Assembly: GCA_002633005.1 (NCBI GenBank) | Contig: NMRA01000517.1 | Coordinates: forward strand, 101,827 to 165,826 | Origin: Phoronis australis | Lineage: Eukaryota > Animalia > Phoronida | Direction of reading: 5' to 3' | Length of the DNA: 64,000 nt | The notes under the pieces: model-generated | Told to the model about the DNA's origin: nothing | Database searches by the model: none | What the model saw: only the letters and a program-made list of their open reading frames with translations | Shown: positions 1 to 13,516 of the stretch, in pieces | How positions within the stretch are numbered: the stretch's first letter is position 1 | Layout of the letters: each line of letters begins with the position of its first letter | Program-made: the position numbers and the translations under genes

Positions 1-2280
1 GTCCTTTATAGCTAACAGAAATTCTTTGAGGCTAGCATGCACGTTATTAAAGTAAAAAACTAATAATTACTAATAAAAATGTTCTATGCAGAACTTTGTC
101 ACTAATCAATGTTTGGAGACTGGCTGGTGGTATTAGTTTAACTTTGAGTGCTATAGTATAATGTTGTGAAGTGAGTGATGGTTGTGGACACGTGGGTAAA
201 GTACTGCAACAGTCATGTTAATTTATCTTTGAGAGCTTAATTAATGAATGAATTTGAATTCTGTTGAAAGCCATGATTTCTAATATAGCTCCAGCCTGCG
301 AGGTTTTAACATGATACATTAAAACTGCAAAAGTTCTATGGGTAAGGAGTATTTGGGCATTAAATTTCTTACTTGATTATGATGCCAGTATTTGTTACCT
401 GGAGGTGGTGATAAGGATTGTAGAAACTAACACCGGATAATACGGAGATCAGACTACTGCCAATTGTAGAGTCTGTCAGTTAAATCTATTTAGCGTAAAT
501 GGAACACGGTGTTCAACACAACATGTATTACGGGTTTGCTATTCATTTGAAGTACAAATTCTTATCTCACAGTGACTTGATATAAGATTGGATATGTGAC
601 TGTGTATAACCTATCTGAGAGTTTGAATTATGATGTTGTCCTTGGAGATTATCAGTCACCTTGAAAACCAAGAGCCTATTTCTGACTGTAATTATGTAGT
701 TTGTGAAACTTGCAGCTTTTAGGAAGTTAGTAGTGCTATTTTTGACTTACACTCATTAAATACGGGTTGTATTGATATTATGAAATTGTTTGCTGAATAG
801 ATCTGGATAAATACTTTACTGGATGTAGTTAAATGATCTGAAGTGTTTTTGTGAAGAAAAAGTTTTTGAGTGTTTCAGTATTTTATGTTGCTTGTACTTG
901 TAACCTATTTAGTACATTTGAACATCTTTTAATTTGTTTTGGCAAGTTACTGAACTGTCATTGCATTTGTTTACGCTCACCTTGGAGGTGTCAGTAACGT
1001 TTCATTGATTGTGAATAGCAGCTTATTGTCAAATACTGTGTACTGTAAACACAATCACGCTTTGAAAATGGCATATGTCCACTTTCAAGTTCGTTTGGTA
1101 GGAAAATGAATCTTATTGGTTTTGATAGTTTTGTTCTCGACTTATCACAAAATAATTAATGAAAACTATGAATGAAGGTATATTGATCTACACAGTCTCT
1201 GTTTTTTGTTTCTTTTGTAAGTTTTAATAGACCATCTCACTTGTTGAAGATTCATCCCACCACAGCATCACAATGCCTAGCACACTTTTTGATATGACAA
1301 TGTTTTCATACTCTCTCTTGTGTTCATCTGTGTCGATCTGCTTATATCTGTGCTAATCTATCTTCATTATATACCAGGCAGCCCAATTTCCTTGTCTCAT
1401 TTTACATGCTGGCATGATTGACTAAAAAAATGCTGTTGAGGTATTAAGTTACCCGGTAACTGGGTGGGCCAATACTCCTTGCAGTATCCTAAAATAAGAT
1501 GTCCTGTTTTTTGTGGAATGTTGGCTACAATTTGTACTGTTCACACCGTATGTCGTGAATCTCACACTATTTGCCCCTCAGCCCAATGAGCCAGCCCTGA
1601 GGTTGCCATAGCTTTTCATTTGTTTTGAATTAATGTCATGGTGCACTGTACTTTCAATACATTTGTCACAGTGCACATTGATCATTTTTCACAATTTGAG
1701 GGGGTGATAACTATTTTTCAGTGTTGAATACATGTAACATGAAGTCATACTTTTCCTACTTTTCATTCTTATGTTTTACTGTTACCACTTAGTACTGCGA
1801 CTACCTTTGACTTGAATAGTTATAAGTTATTAAAATGGGCAGTGATCGAAGTAAACAAAATCCAAGGAACCCCGATCCAGTGGCTTAAGCCCACAGGGCT
1901 TGATCGGGGGTAACTAGTCCGCATAGTGGCTTAAAAGTGTATGAATGGTTGTAAATCATGGGTGTGGTTCACAGTCGATAGGTTTTTTGAAGTTGACATT
2001 CTTGGTGAATGAAAGTAGTTGTCTTTGAACCCTGCTTTTAAACATTATACAACTGTTCCAGGTGGTCTGTGTAAGTAAAGAACATGCTTTAACAAAGGGT
2101 TATACGGTCCTGGCTGAGAAGATAATTGCTTTCTTATCCTCTACTGGTTTTGAATAGCCAAGCCTTGGAATGAAGTTAGCTAGTAATTTGTGATTGCAGG
2201 ACTGTCTTGTAATTAAAAAGTATTTACCATAAGTTAATTTCCAAGACTCGTTCTTAATTTACTCTGATCATATCTTGCAG

Positions 2281-5200
2281 TACGTGAGCCTCCCCAAGCC
2301 CGACCTTTGTCCAAACCTTCACGTAAGTACCCACCTCTGCTGTGATTGCATCATTCCAGAGATCTGCCATTTTTAGAAGGCAGGTCGCTGAAAACTGTGG
2401 GCTTATGTGTCTGCATCGGGTTTTCAATTAACCAAAATTTTAGTTAAGGTACGTCTAACATTCTGACACCCTCCTTGGAAGTCTGTGACTTTTCTGAAGT
2501 CGGTGAGTGTCTTTTCTTGCTCTAGTGCCTCGTTGTTGCTAGTTAGATTTCACCAATCCTTAAGGCCAGACCTCCCTTTACATTTGTCAACATTGAGTAT
2601 GTTGACTCGAGGTGATGTCCATGTGATCAGATGAATGTTATATATTAATTGATTTCAACTATGGCTTAAATCAACACAATCATTTACAGCCTTGCCACCA
2701 CCTCCAGCTCCTGTGAAGAAACACCCCTTCCCAGGCTCACGTAAGTTAAGACTTTCAATTTTCTGATTAAGTCAAGTACCATCAAAAGGGTTTGTTATGC
2801 ACTTTTGAAACCAGAACATAAACCTTCTTCTGCATTATTGTTGTGCTAATCAAACCATCATCAAATTCGTCCCCATAGAGAACCTAGATTTCAAAAATAA
2901 ATATTTCTTTCTCATGGAGTCAAATTAAATCGTTCATTGGTATTATTCTTCTTTATAGATATACTGAGAATCCTCATAGTTAGTATTCTTCCTTATAAAC
3001 AATTACTGTCAAGTTACTGTTTCATTATTAATCTCTCACACAGTTGTGTTCAAGTTAATGTTTCATAATTACAATTGTTACTCAAAAAGAATTGTCATCA
3101 AAAATATCTATGTTATGTGTCCAGGCCTGCGAGTAATAATTCATACAGTTTTGTACAAACTGAAGTTCTGTAATGTTTCATTGGAGATTCATTGTCAAGT
3201 TAATGTGTTTCTAATTTACTCTGGGAAAAATGCTTTCCTTGTTGACAACTACTGAAACTTGACTATTCATTTCACATTCTGTGTGCTTTCTAAACATTTA
3301 TAATTTATGCCAATGTTAAATTTTATTACGACTAGGTTTACTGAGAAAGCTGCGACACATATTCTATGCTGCCTGGTTTATTGCATTTTTGAGAGCTGAA
3401 GTTAAAAAGGTAAGTCATTTCAAAGGTTAGTCATTTGTTATACACATTGTTTGTGAATGTGTTTTTAGTGGTTTTATGAATGAATTTTGTGGAGAAATCT
3501 TGTGTAAGTGATTACAGCGTTTTCCCATTGCTCCCAACTTGTTTGATTCTATATAGCCCAATATTAACAACAAGCTGGGAAGATGGTCCCTGTAGCCAAT
3601 ATCTTACACGACTGATTAACTCCATTCTGGCATTCATGGTTGGAGGGCCAGCTCTCTGTTTGATAATTGCTCTAATCACCAATAAGATCGTATCTAGCCT
3701 GACTGGGCTGTGCTGTTAAAAATAAAAGCTAAGTTATAACATATTTGAACGTAAACCAATAGCAGTTCTGAAATCCTCGTCAAATGGTGATCATATTTAG
3801 TTTTTGAATCGCCAAAATTGCCCAACTGCAACTGAATTTACGACAGTCCATTCTTTCTGAGCGTACCAAATAATGCGCTCTGCTCTTGACTGTGTTCACA
3901 CTTGGTCTGTAATAAGCCTGGTAGATTATTGGCCTGCCTGTTGTCATAACAGACAAAGACTAGGCGTGGCAGTGAACAAAGGAGCTAGATGTTATCACAT
4001 GCTCACAACCCTCTACGTCTGGTAAAGTCACTGAATGAAAAAACACCATCATGCGAAGTGAATGTCATTCAGGAGTTCCAGTATCTCTGTGATATTTTTA
4101 GGATTAGTCATTGTGTGTTGCTATTTTCAATCTCAGAATGTTTTGCTGTTGAATCCTCATTAACATATAGAGAAGATTCATTTAGTTGTAAAGATCAGTG
4201 GTTCATTGTATGCAGACTACTTACACTGTTCATTACATGCAGACTATTTAGACCATTCATTACATGCAGACTATTTACACCATGACTGTTGTTCATTATA
4301 TGCAAACTACTTACACTGTTCATTACATGCAGACTATTTACACCCTGACTGGTTCATTACATGCAGACTATTTACACCATGACTGGTTCATTACATGCAG
4401 ACTATTTACACCATGACTGGTTCATTACATGCAGACTATTTACACCATCAGTGGTTCATTACATGCAGACTATTTACACCATCAGTGGTTCATTACATGC
4501 AGACTATTTACACCATCAGTGGTTCATTACATGCAGACTATTTACACCATCAGTGGTTCATTACATGCAGACTATTTACACCATCAGTGGTTCATTACAT
4601 GCAGACTATTTACACCATCAGTGGTTCATTACATGCAGACTATTTACACCATCAGTGGTTCATTACATGCAGACTATTTACACCATCAGTGGTTCATTAC
4701 ATGCAGACTATTTACACCATCAGTGGTTCATTACATGCAGACTATTTACACCATCAGTGGTTCATTACATGCAGACTATTTACACCATCAGTGGTTCATT
4801 ACATGCAGACTATTTACACCATCAGTGGTTCATTACATGCAGACTATTTACACCATCAGTGGTTCATTACATGCAGACTATTTACACCATCAGTGGTTCA
4901 TTACATGCAGACTATTTACACCATCAGTGGTTCATTACATGCAGACTATTTACACCATCAGTGGTTCATTACATGCAGACTATTTACACCATCAGTGGTT
5001 CATTACATGCAGACTATTTACACCATCAGTGGTTCATTACATGCAGACTATTTACACCATCAGTGGTTCATTACATGCAGACTATTTACACCATCAGTGG
5101 TTCATTACATGCAGACTATTTACACCATCAGTGGTTCATTACATGTAGACTACTTACACCATGAGTTGGTGATGCCTGGTATTAGTATGTATCTTAGTAA

Positions 5201-8200
5201 GAACTTGTTGAACACCAGACTTTGTGCAAGTAGAAATACTAGACAAAAGACTGAAGATATAATCAGATGTAAGTGTTCTAACAGTTAGTTTGTCTATTAA
5301 CTTTAAGTTTATTGTAATGTTTACATTTCTCGAGTTTTGATAGGGCTTGTAGGAATTTAAAGTATAGTCTGTTTCCTTCAATTTTTAAATAAAATAATAT
5401 TTTTCTTTGTTTCTCATTATCTTGGTGTCTTTCTTTCAGAATAAAAAGCCAACAAAAAAGTTTTTGTTTGGTATCAAATTAAAGGAAGCGGTTGCAGCTC
5501 TTCACAGGATTTACCTGAATGTAAGTAATGCACAAGTAGTCTAGACTAACTACCATTGGCTGGGCACACTTGATTCATCGAGTGCACAGGTAGTCCAGTT
5601 AACTACCATTCACTTGGTTCCTAAGGGATCCCTCTGATTGCATGAACTATTGACAATCTTCAAGTTTTTTCTCTTAGTTCATTTTATGAGAGGATTAACT
5701 GAAATTTTTAAATTGTTTTAAAAATGCTACAATCAATGAACTTTTGTTTATTCTAAATTCTCAGTGAATTCTTGCTAAAAATAGTCTCACTCAGTTCTCA
5801 TTGAAGAAGTTGCAAAGTTTGAACTCTCTCTATCTACCACTGTGTTTCCACTACCCACTAGACCAACAATGACAACCTGTGGTGTGCCAGTTGCCTACTG
5901 AGATTGGGCTTGCACCAACTGATGTGGAGAGCCTCAGGAATTTTAAGCTCCTTTGTTGTTTCTGATTGGTCTATTAAAGTCATTGAAAGAGCATTACTCA
6001 TAACAGTGATCAGAGCTCTGCAGATGAATATTAATATGTGTACTTCTGTCAGAATTTAGATGTTGCCTGGTCCAGGTTTTCAAATGGTGAACAGTCTCAC
6101 TGATATAAGTGGAGCCACATCTAGTACGTAAAGTCAAATAATTTCGTACAAGTACGCTGGACAAGGGATCCATAGGAATTTTGTCTTTTGGGGTAAATAA
6201 ATTAGACAGTTATAGAGACTTGAATGATAAATACAGCTCTTAAGTTGGCACAGTAATCATTCCAACCAGTTTAGTTTTTGTTGAGCAATACTAGCATAAG
6301 AATCAACATAGGGTGTTTTAAAATACCGCATTCGCCGTAATAAGTGCCCATGTCCCTATAAGCACCCTCCACGTATTTTCAGATTTCGCTAAAATAAGCG
6401 CCCAGCTCATGATCTGTATACCTTCAAAAAATGCCTTACCTACTGTTCTTCAATTTATCAATGATTCCCGACAGTCCTGAAAAAATTATTGTGTGCGGAA
6501 TTTCTCGACCACAAGCCTTGCCGCTATGTCGGTATTTAGCCGTGACTATACACTTTGAACTTCCGCAGTGCTTCAAAGAGAACACAAAAGTGTTACTGTC
6601 TCACTGTGGTCAGGCCTTTCAAAACAGACGCAGCGTACTTGTCAACGGGAATGTATTGTTATCTTTCCTGTACAGATCTCCCTCAACAGGAATCCAGATT
6701 TTTTGTACACATGAAAACCACAAATTGAAAACTGATAAAAACTTGACCAGTGCTAAAAGCATGTGGCCAAGGCATGTAGGCAATGAGATAAATATAGCTC
6801 ATTGCATGTGGGCTTGCTACTCTGGCAAATGAACTCTGATATGCCATGCATGCGCTGGCTAACCAGGCACACACATGCAGAGGAACTTCAAAACACACGT
6901 CATGTGACAACAACATGACTGTGTATGTTCATCCAGATTTTTTCGTGTTGGGGGGTGCGATCTAGCGCAGATTTGAACTCAGTTAATCTGCAGATATTCC
7001 TGACTCCACAGGAACTTAAAGGTCTTACGGACACTATTAAGGAAAATTTCAGGTAATTTGCTGAATCGAAACTCAGTTTTTATTCAAGAATTCAAGTTGC
7101 CCTATTGACGATCGCGAGGCAGCGACGCATTAGCCAGTGAGTTTTCACCGTAGGATATCCACACAATTTTCTGAAAAAGGATCTTAATTTTACAATGAAG
7201 TTTGATAGCAATGCACAATTTTGTATGTTGTAAGTTACAGAGTGAAAATTTGATAAATCCTAGCTTCCGATTTCATTCATTTTGGAGACTGTGTTTCAAC
7301 CACCTTAGGCTACAATAAGCGCCCTCTCCCGGAAACAAATTTTTCTAAGCACCCTGGGCACTTATTAGGTCAAATACGGTACTTGCAGTTGGTACTGTCT
7401 ATAGGGTTATGTTGCAGTTTTACTTATGAGGATGGTGTTTTAATAAACATCAAATCATGTCAAGCCAGTTTAAATCAATTGATATTTATGCTGCTTCTTG
7501 CTATGGCTATTTTCTGTTCTCCGTCTTGTAGCCTGATGGAAAGATCTTCCCCATATTGAGTGATGCAGTTGGTGATGGTGCGATAGACCTGAGTGTTGAC
7601 GTCACCAATGAGCGACCGTCAACTGATGACAAACAGGCGTTCCAAGAGTTGGTCTTCATTGTTGAAAACATCACTTATAATATTACGGATATCATGGTAA
7701 AAACATGTCTTTCATATTTTGAGAGACTGCATGTGTGTCTATGTACTGCAGTCAATCATTGGTTCATCTTGTGTTAACTGTGCACATGTATTGTGGAATG
7801 ACTGAGGTAAAGGCAATCAAAAGTTGAGCCATGTTTGTCAGACTGATAGTTTTGCCTTCCTTTCTTGTCCTTGTTGGGGTCTTTAACTATATGCAGTCTG
7901 CTTCATGCCATTGTTTACTGCAGATTTAGAGGTGAATCAAATTGTTCAAAGTACATTAAAGTTATAACTATAGGAAACAGTTTTTTTGTAATTATAGTTA
8001 GTACACATTTTTATGGCTCTCTTGCCTTGGTACCATGCAGTTTCACTGTAGTTATAAAGCATCAGAGAATTTGAAAAAAATAATGTCACGTTGTTTTCCT
8101 TGCTTATTTTTTAGCCGGAAACAGGTGTGCTGGGTACACACAAGAAGGCAGCAGTGTTTGAATTGATCAAAGATGGTCATCAATTTCCTCTTGGCTACTT

Positions 8201-11200
8201 CTGGCAAATAGAGAAGGTTAGTTTTCTTTGGGTGCATGTACTGTAATATCTCAACTATTATAGACACTAATAATTGTCAAAGTTTACCTTTTTTATTTTC
8301 TTTGACTTGTCTGACTTACAAATCGGTGAGATATGTTTTGGTTTGATCAATAGTTAGGTTTATAAATGTTGGTCATATAGAAGCAGAGTGACTGTGTTGG
8401 AATGTGATAAGTAAAGGGTGTGAACAAAACAGTGGTATGTTGGAACAGTGGTATGTTTAGCTTGAGATTTCTGCCCATTTCAGGCTCACAAGTGTGACCA
8501 TTAGTTTGGCGAGTCTTTGTCAAGAGTTGTGATACCTCATGTTTACATTTATCATTTCCAGTTGTCCACAGCTGTTGTGTATCCAAGGTAGTGCATGTTC
8601 ATCAAGGTAGTGCATGTTCATGCTGTAGTGTTCATGGACATGACCAACTAGATGTGTGCTTACGGGTACATATTATGTACATTAATTTCTGAAACTTAAG
8701 CCTTGATAATTACACTGTGAAACTTTGAGTGTCTCCTTTTCCCCTGGAAATTGGCCTGCAACTTGAAAGCCATTAGGGCTGTTCCAGCAAAATCTGTGTG
8801 GGAGGGGGGGAAGGCAAGTGAAATAAAAATTTATGGGTGGTTGCATTTGATTTAAATTCAAAATGGCTGGTGGTCGTACTTCAAAAACATTAAAATGTAC
8901 AGGTCGTTGTTGTTTCATTGGGCCATAAATGTTTGGTGGTGGGTAATTTTAGTAATTTTTATAAACAATCCGCACAGAATCAAAAACTGAAACAAAAATG
9001 CAACTTGCAAAAAGCTCCGACTTTTTCACTCCCTCTGATCTCCTCATTGGCATGCCCGTAACACCATTTAACCACAGGTGCTCGAATTTCTCAATGGCTA
9101 ATCACCATATATAAGAAACATATGTTTTCTTAGTAATGAATGACGTTAGTGGTGATGGAGGAACAGATAAACTCAAGCGCCTGTGCAGTCAACCACAAGA
9201 ACAAAAAAAAATTACGGGTGGTTGCATTTCAAACTTATAAAAAATTACGGGTGGTAGGCTGAAGAAATAAATGAAAAATATGGGTGGTGGGTGCGAAAAA
9301 AGGTGCCTTCCCCCCTCCCATACAGATTTTACTGGAACAGCCCTTACATTTTTCATCACAAACACTTCATTGCAATGTTGTTAAGCTAGAAGTGGTTCCT
9401 GTTTAATACTGTCTATTATTGAGCAGAAGTTGCCAGGTGAACACTGCACGTTTGCTATGCCACAGTTATGTATTCAGCTCTGACTCTCCAATCCCCAAAC
9501 TGCATGTTTCCAAATGTGCACCACACATATCTACAAAGAAATGCAATTTATGGTTGTGAAATAAAAGAATAAAAACAAACATTGGGGATTCCCTAATTTT
9601 GGGGAGAATCCTGTAGCTGGTCCATTTAGTACATGGCAGGGAGATCAAGTCCAGGATCTCTGTTCAGACTTGGTGTGTGGATTTGGACCAAGAGAGATAT
9701 GGACGAAAGGGTTGTGCACCGACAACCTCAGGGTATTGCTTTGCATTTCCAAGAGTGATCTTTATTTAACAGTATCTTATTATTGTTATTATTCTCTAGG
9801 ATCTGCTTGAGTTTGATGAAAATGAAGCCACAAAGAATATTGACAACAAACGTGCATCTATGTTGTTGCTCGGTATCTTCGTCTCTCGCAGTCTAGTGAC
9901 CACGGTAAATGAGCAATGGTGTTCTATGCTAATCCCTGAATCAAGTTTCACTGAAAATACACAATTGCCAACAGATGTCACTAGCTTCCCTGAATTCTAA
10001 TGTACATCAATATAGTTACAATGATAACAAAACAACATGTCCTTTAATGTAAATAGTGAGGATTAAATCCCAAAATTGTTGTCAATTTAGTATTTTATTT
10101 CATTTCATGCTTTTGATATTTTTCAAACGCGTTTTGGAGAACAATGTACATAAAGCACATTATCTGAAAGTTTCGTATGATTTCAATCAAATTTCTGAGA
10201 TATGATGTTCAGGAGTTGGCCACGTTTGGACATATTTCTAGGAATCGTAACTTGCTTCTTTTGACATATCACATGTACTACATCATTAAGTGAATTGAGA
10301 CATATCACATGCACTACATCATTACGTGAATTGAGACATATCACATGTACTACATCATTATGTGATTTGAGACATATCACATGTACTACATCATTATGTG
10401 AATTGAGACATATCACATGTACTACATCATTATGTGAATTGAGGCATATCACATGTACTACATCATTATGTGAATTGAGACATATCACATGCACTACATC
10501 ATTATGTGAATTGAGACATATCACATGTACTACATCATTATGTGAATTGAGACATATCACATGTACTACATCATTATGTGAATTGAGACATATCACATGT
10601 ACTACATCATTATGTGAATTGAGACTGATGTTGAAATTACCAAATTAGTTGATCAACTCCAAGTGGATCTCTTTAAATATGTCTTATAGTGTCTTATATT
10701 GTCTTATATTGTTCTCACAGCTGATGATGAAACCTCTGGACTACGGTCTATCTACTACAGTTCTGGGAACAGTTGCTGAGAATAACCTTCGTCTCCTAGC
10801 AACCATTTTTATTTACATAGTGAGAAAAACAGTTGTGCCTCCAAATGACCCACCACTGGTAAGTCAGTCTCAACATCAGTTAGCCTGTGTGTAATGAACC
10901 ACCACTGGTAAGCCAATCTCAATAACAGGTAGTATGGGTGCAATGAACCACCACTGGTAAGCTAATCTCAATAGCAGTTAGCCTGGGCATAATCATCTCC
11001 TTGATGTTTGCATCCCATTTCAGTCCTGGTTGTGTTTCACTGCTCCCATTGTGCAGGTGCCATCTGTTGTCCATGTTTAAAACTTAATTTATGTTTTCCA
11101 TGATAGCAATAAGTAGCAGCATATATTAATAAAAACAACCACGGTTTTAAATCACCTTGACATGTTTCGGTGTCATTTATTCAAACATTATCATGAGAAG

Positions 11201-13254
11201 AGAGAATATGGTGGCCACCTTGCTAGGCCCAGCAGGAAGTAACACCAGGACCAGGGAACATGTGAGAGAAGATTACATGTAACTATTCATCTACAGAGCT
11301 CTAATCATTATTATCAGCAGTGCTCTTTCAATGACTGCAATAATAGACCAGGCAGAAACAACAAAGGAGCTTAAAATTCGTGAGGCTCTACACATCAATT
11401 GGTGCAAGCCCAATCTCAATAGGCAACTGGCACACCACAGGTTGTCATTGTTGGTTTAGTTTATTGTCACTCCATGTACATGTAACTGACTGTATGTGCT
11501 TCGTTACTTGTTGCTGGGCCTAGCTAAGTGGCCAGTCACCATATTCTCTCTTCTGACCATGGTGTTTGAATAAATGACACCGAAACATGTCAAGTCGATT
11601 TAAAACCATGGTTGGTTTTATTTATTAATTCATGTTTGCCTGGACCTCAAGTCTGACTTGCTTGGCAAACACAGGATACAAGGTAATTCAACCATTTTGT
11701 ATTCGATACTCATAAAATTTCATAATCTGGCCTGACTGAAAATTTCCAAGAAACGAAGTATACAACACCTTGCCTGGATTAATGGTCGATTAACTCCTGA
11801 CAAATAAACGTCAGTGTATTTTATGCCAACGTTACACTGTGGACTAAGTGATTTATTTCAGAGCAAATCTTGACCATGCGTGTCTGGAAATTTATTTTTG
11901 ACAGAAATGCTGTAGTTGCACGTAGTATTTATACATTAAAGTAACAACATTTTGTCCTGTTAAGGTGGCTAAAAATCAAAAATTAACTAAATTGACCTTT
12001 CACTTTCAGTCTGATAGGATTTTGTTTTCATTATCAACTCAAGTTACAGGCAATCCATACAAGCGCCATTTTCAATTTGTCAATTTTAGGGTTGGGATGA
12101 AGGCCCATAAAGTGTGAAATGTTTTCTCCAGTTGTTTTTCTTCGTATTGGATTTAGAATGCTATAGCAGTAAGAAATCTTAAGATCGATTTTGAGAGAGT
12201 ATGAATTCCTAATATCTCACTTTCGAAATAACCACATTAAATGACCTGCCAGACGGCGATCAGGTCCTTGGTGGCCTGCAAACATTCAGTGCCACCTGCA
12301 GATTCCGTGTGTTGCGGATGGGTCCAGGTTTCAGCCTACTAGGTATAAAACGCCTTTTGACACCTTTCTTTTCAATATAATTCCGGCAAATTTCCATTTC
12401 TATGTAGTGGGATGTACTTAGTCTTGCGAAAAAAGTCAAGACCCTTTTGAAATATTAATGGATGATCAAGGACATCATGTTCCATACATTTCCCACTGCG
12501 AAGAAATATCCGCAACAAACTAAGCCAGTGACTGCGGTAGAATTTTGTTCCCATCTGGTGTCAAAAGCTAAAATAACTTTATGAAGTTAAACCATTCGAA
12601 GAATGAAATCGAGGGCTAACAGTGTAATTTATTCCTCTGCTTCAAATTAATGAACCACTAGCCTAATTGTAGTTGTACCCGTAATTGAATTTCTGTCCAT
12701 GCACCCAATGTGAATCGGGATCAACCGGAAGTCTTTTTTGTGCGCTTGTCGCTCTAGAGGGTGCCAATTAAGTGAAAAGTCTCCTATTCACAGTTGGTTT
12801 GAATCTTCCTATTATTTTCATTACAGCCAATGCCTTATGAGATATCAAGTTATCTGTACTCTGATGAAGACATGAAGGGGACCTACACTAAATTGAAGAA
12901 AAGCATTGATTATGCTGAGGTAGTGTATTGGAAATAATGTATTGATTATGCTGAGGTAGTGTATTGGAAATAATGTATTGATTATGTTGAGGTAGTGTAT
13001 TGGAAATAATGTATTAATTATGTTGAGGTAGTGTATTGGAAATAATGTAGAGGTAGTGTATCATTGGAAATTCAGACATTTGTTATGTTGAGGTCATCGG
13101 GGTATTGGAAATTCAGACATTCGTTATGTTTAGGTAATGAAGTTAGTGTGTGAAGATTCTATTCTTTATATTATATTTTCAGGGTCTTTTCAGGGACTGG
13201 GGTGATGAATATGTTAAAAGATTGAGAAATGCAGTACCTCAAGCGACGACATAG
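2281..13254 (+). CDS. Uncharacterised protein, 5'-partial: last 9 exons, about 272 aa (Pro-rich linker followed by a conserved-looking helical C-terminal region)
   Basis: Phase-consistent AG/GT exons: 2281-2322, 2690-2740, 3336-3409, 5440-5520, 7532-7696, 9800-9904, 10721-10858, 12827-12919, 13183-13254 (TAG). Joined reading: REPPQARPLSKPSPLPPPPAPVKKHPFPGSRLLRKLRHIFYAAWFIAFLRAEVKKNKKPTKK...PDGKIFPILS...DLLEFDENE...LMMKPLDYGL...PMPYEISSYLYSDEDM...GLFRDWGDEYVKRLRNAVPQATT*. Family not recognised. Confidence 0.8.
4194..5163. repeat. 34-bp minisatellite (CAGTGGTTCATTACATGCAGACTATTTACACCAT), about 28 copies
   Basis: Directly visible; homogeneous core with degenerate 5' units. Confidence 0.97.
6326..7379. 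mobile_element. Tc1/mariner (pogo-like) non-autonomous DNA transposon
   Basis: TIRs CCGCATTCGCCGTAATAAGTGCCCA and TGGGCACTTATTAGGTCAAATACGG, flanked by TA at 6324-6325 and 7380-7381. Confidence 0.75.
8776..9343. mobile_element. PIF/Harbinger-type MITE
   Basis: Near-perfect TIRs of about 40 bp (GGGCTGTTCCAGYAAAATCTGTRTGGGAGGGGGGAAGGCA) with a 3-bp TTA duplication at 8773-8775 and 9344-9346. Confidence 0.8.
10263..10625. repeat. 36-bp minisatellite, about 10 copies
   Basis: Unit GACATATCACATGTACTACATCATTATGTGAATTGA. Confidence 0.95.
10844..10990 (+). repeat. 49-bp tandem repeat x3 spanning a splice donor
   Basis: AATGAMCCACCACTG|GTAAG occurs with donor positions 10858, 10907 and 10956. Confidence 0.85.
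11125..11629 (+). mobile_element. Penelope-like retroelement 3' remnant with an inverted terminal copy
   Basis: Inverted arms of about 120 bp (11125-11243 vs 11503-11629). Interior 11340-11459 encodes IIDQAETTKELKIREALHINWCKPNLNRQ, a GIY-YIG C-terminal tail. Degenerate hammerhead-like core CTGAccat-GGTGTT..GACACC-GAAAC at about 11553-11586. Confidence 0.75.
12905..13050 (+). repeat. 36-bp tandem repeat x4 spanning a splice donor
   Basis: Unit ATTGATTATGCTGAG|GTAGTGTATTGGAAATAATGT. Confidence 0.9.
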
Positions 13255-13365
13255 AATTGCTCAATTTGTCAATATGAAGTCACCAGAATGTAGATGACTT
13301 GATAGCTTAAGCTCCAGCAATTATAGGCAGATCCTGCTCTAATCCAGTCAGGTCGTTGTGTAAAA

Positions 13366-13516
13366 GTGGCCAGTGTTATACTGTGGATGTGTGGCCACTG
13401 GTACTGTGAATGTATGGCCACTGTTATACGTGGATGTATGGCCACTGGTACTGTGGATGTATGGCCACTGTTGTACTGTGGATGTGTGGCCACTGTTATA
13501 CTGTGGATGTGTGGCC
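13366..13516. repeat. Minisatellite of about 24 bp (GTGGCCACTG..TACTGTGGATGT) in the 3' UTR of gene 1
   Basis: About 6 visible units. Confidence 0.85.

Noticed and set aside
230-760. Decayed LINE C-terminal region (EYLGIKF-like words)
   Set aside because: Too degenerate to support from the sequence alone.
4194-5163. CRISPR-like appearance of regular repeats (also 10263, 39990, 50094)
   Set aside because: Head-to-tail units with no unique spacers, no cas genes, and a eukaryotic intron context.
4361-5288. ORFs of 239-297 aa in three frames
   Set aside because: They are translations of a stop-free 34-bp minisatellite inside an intron.
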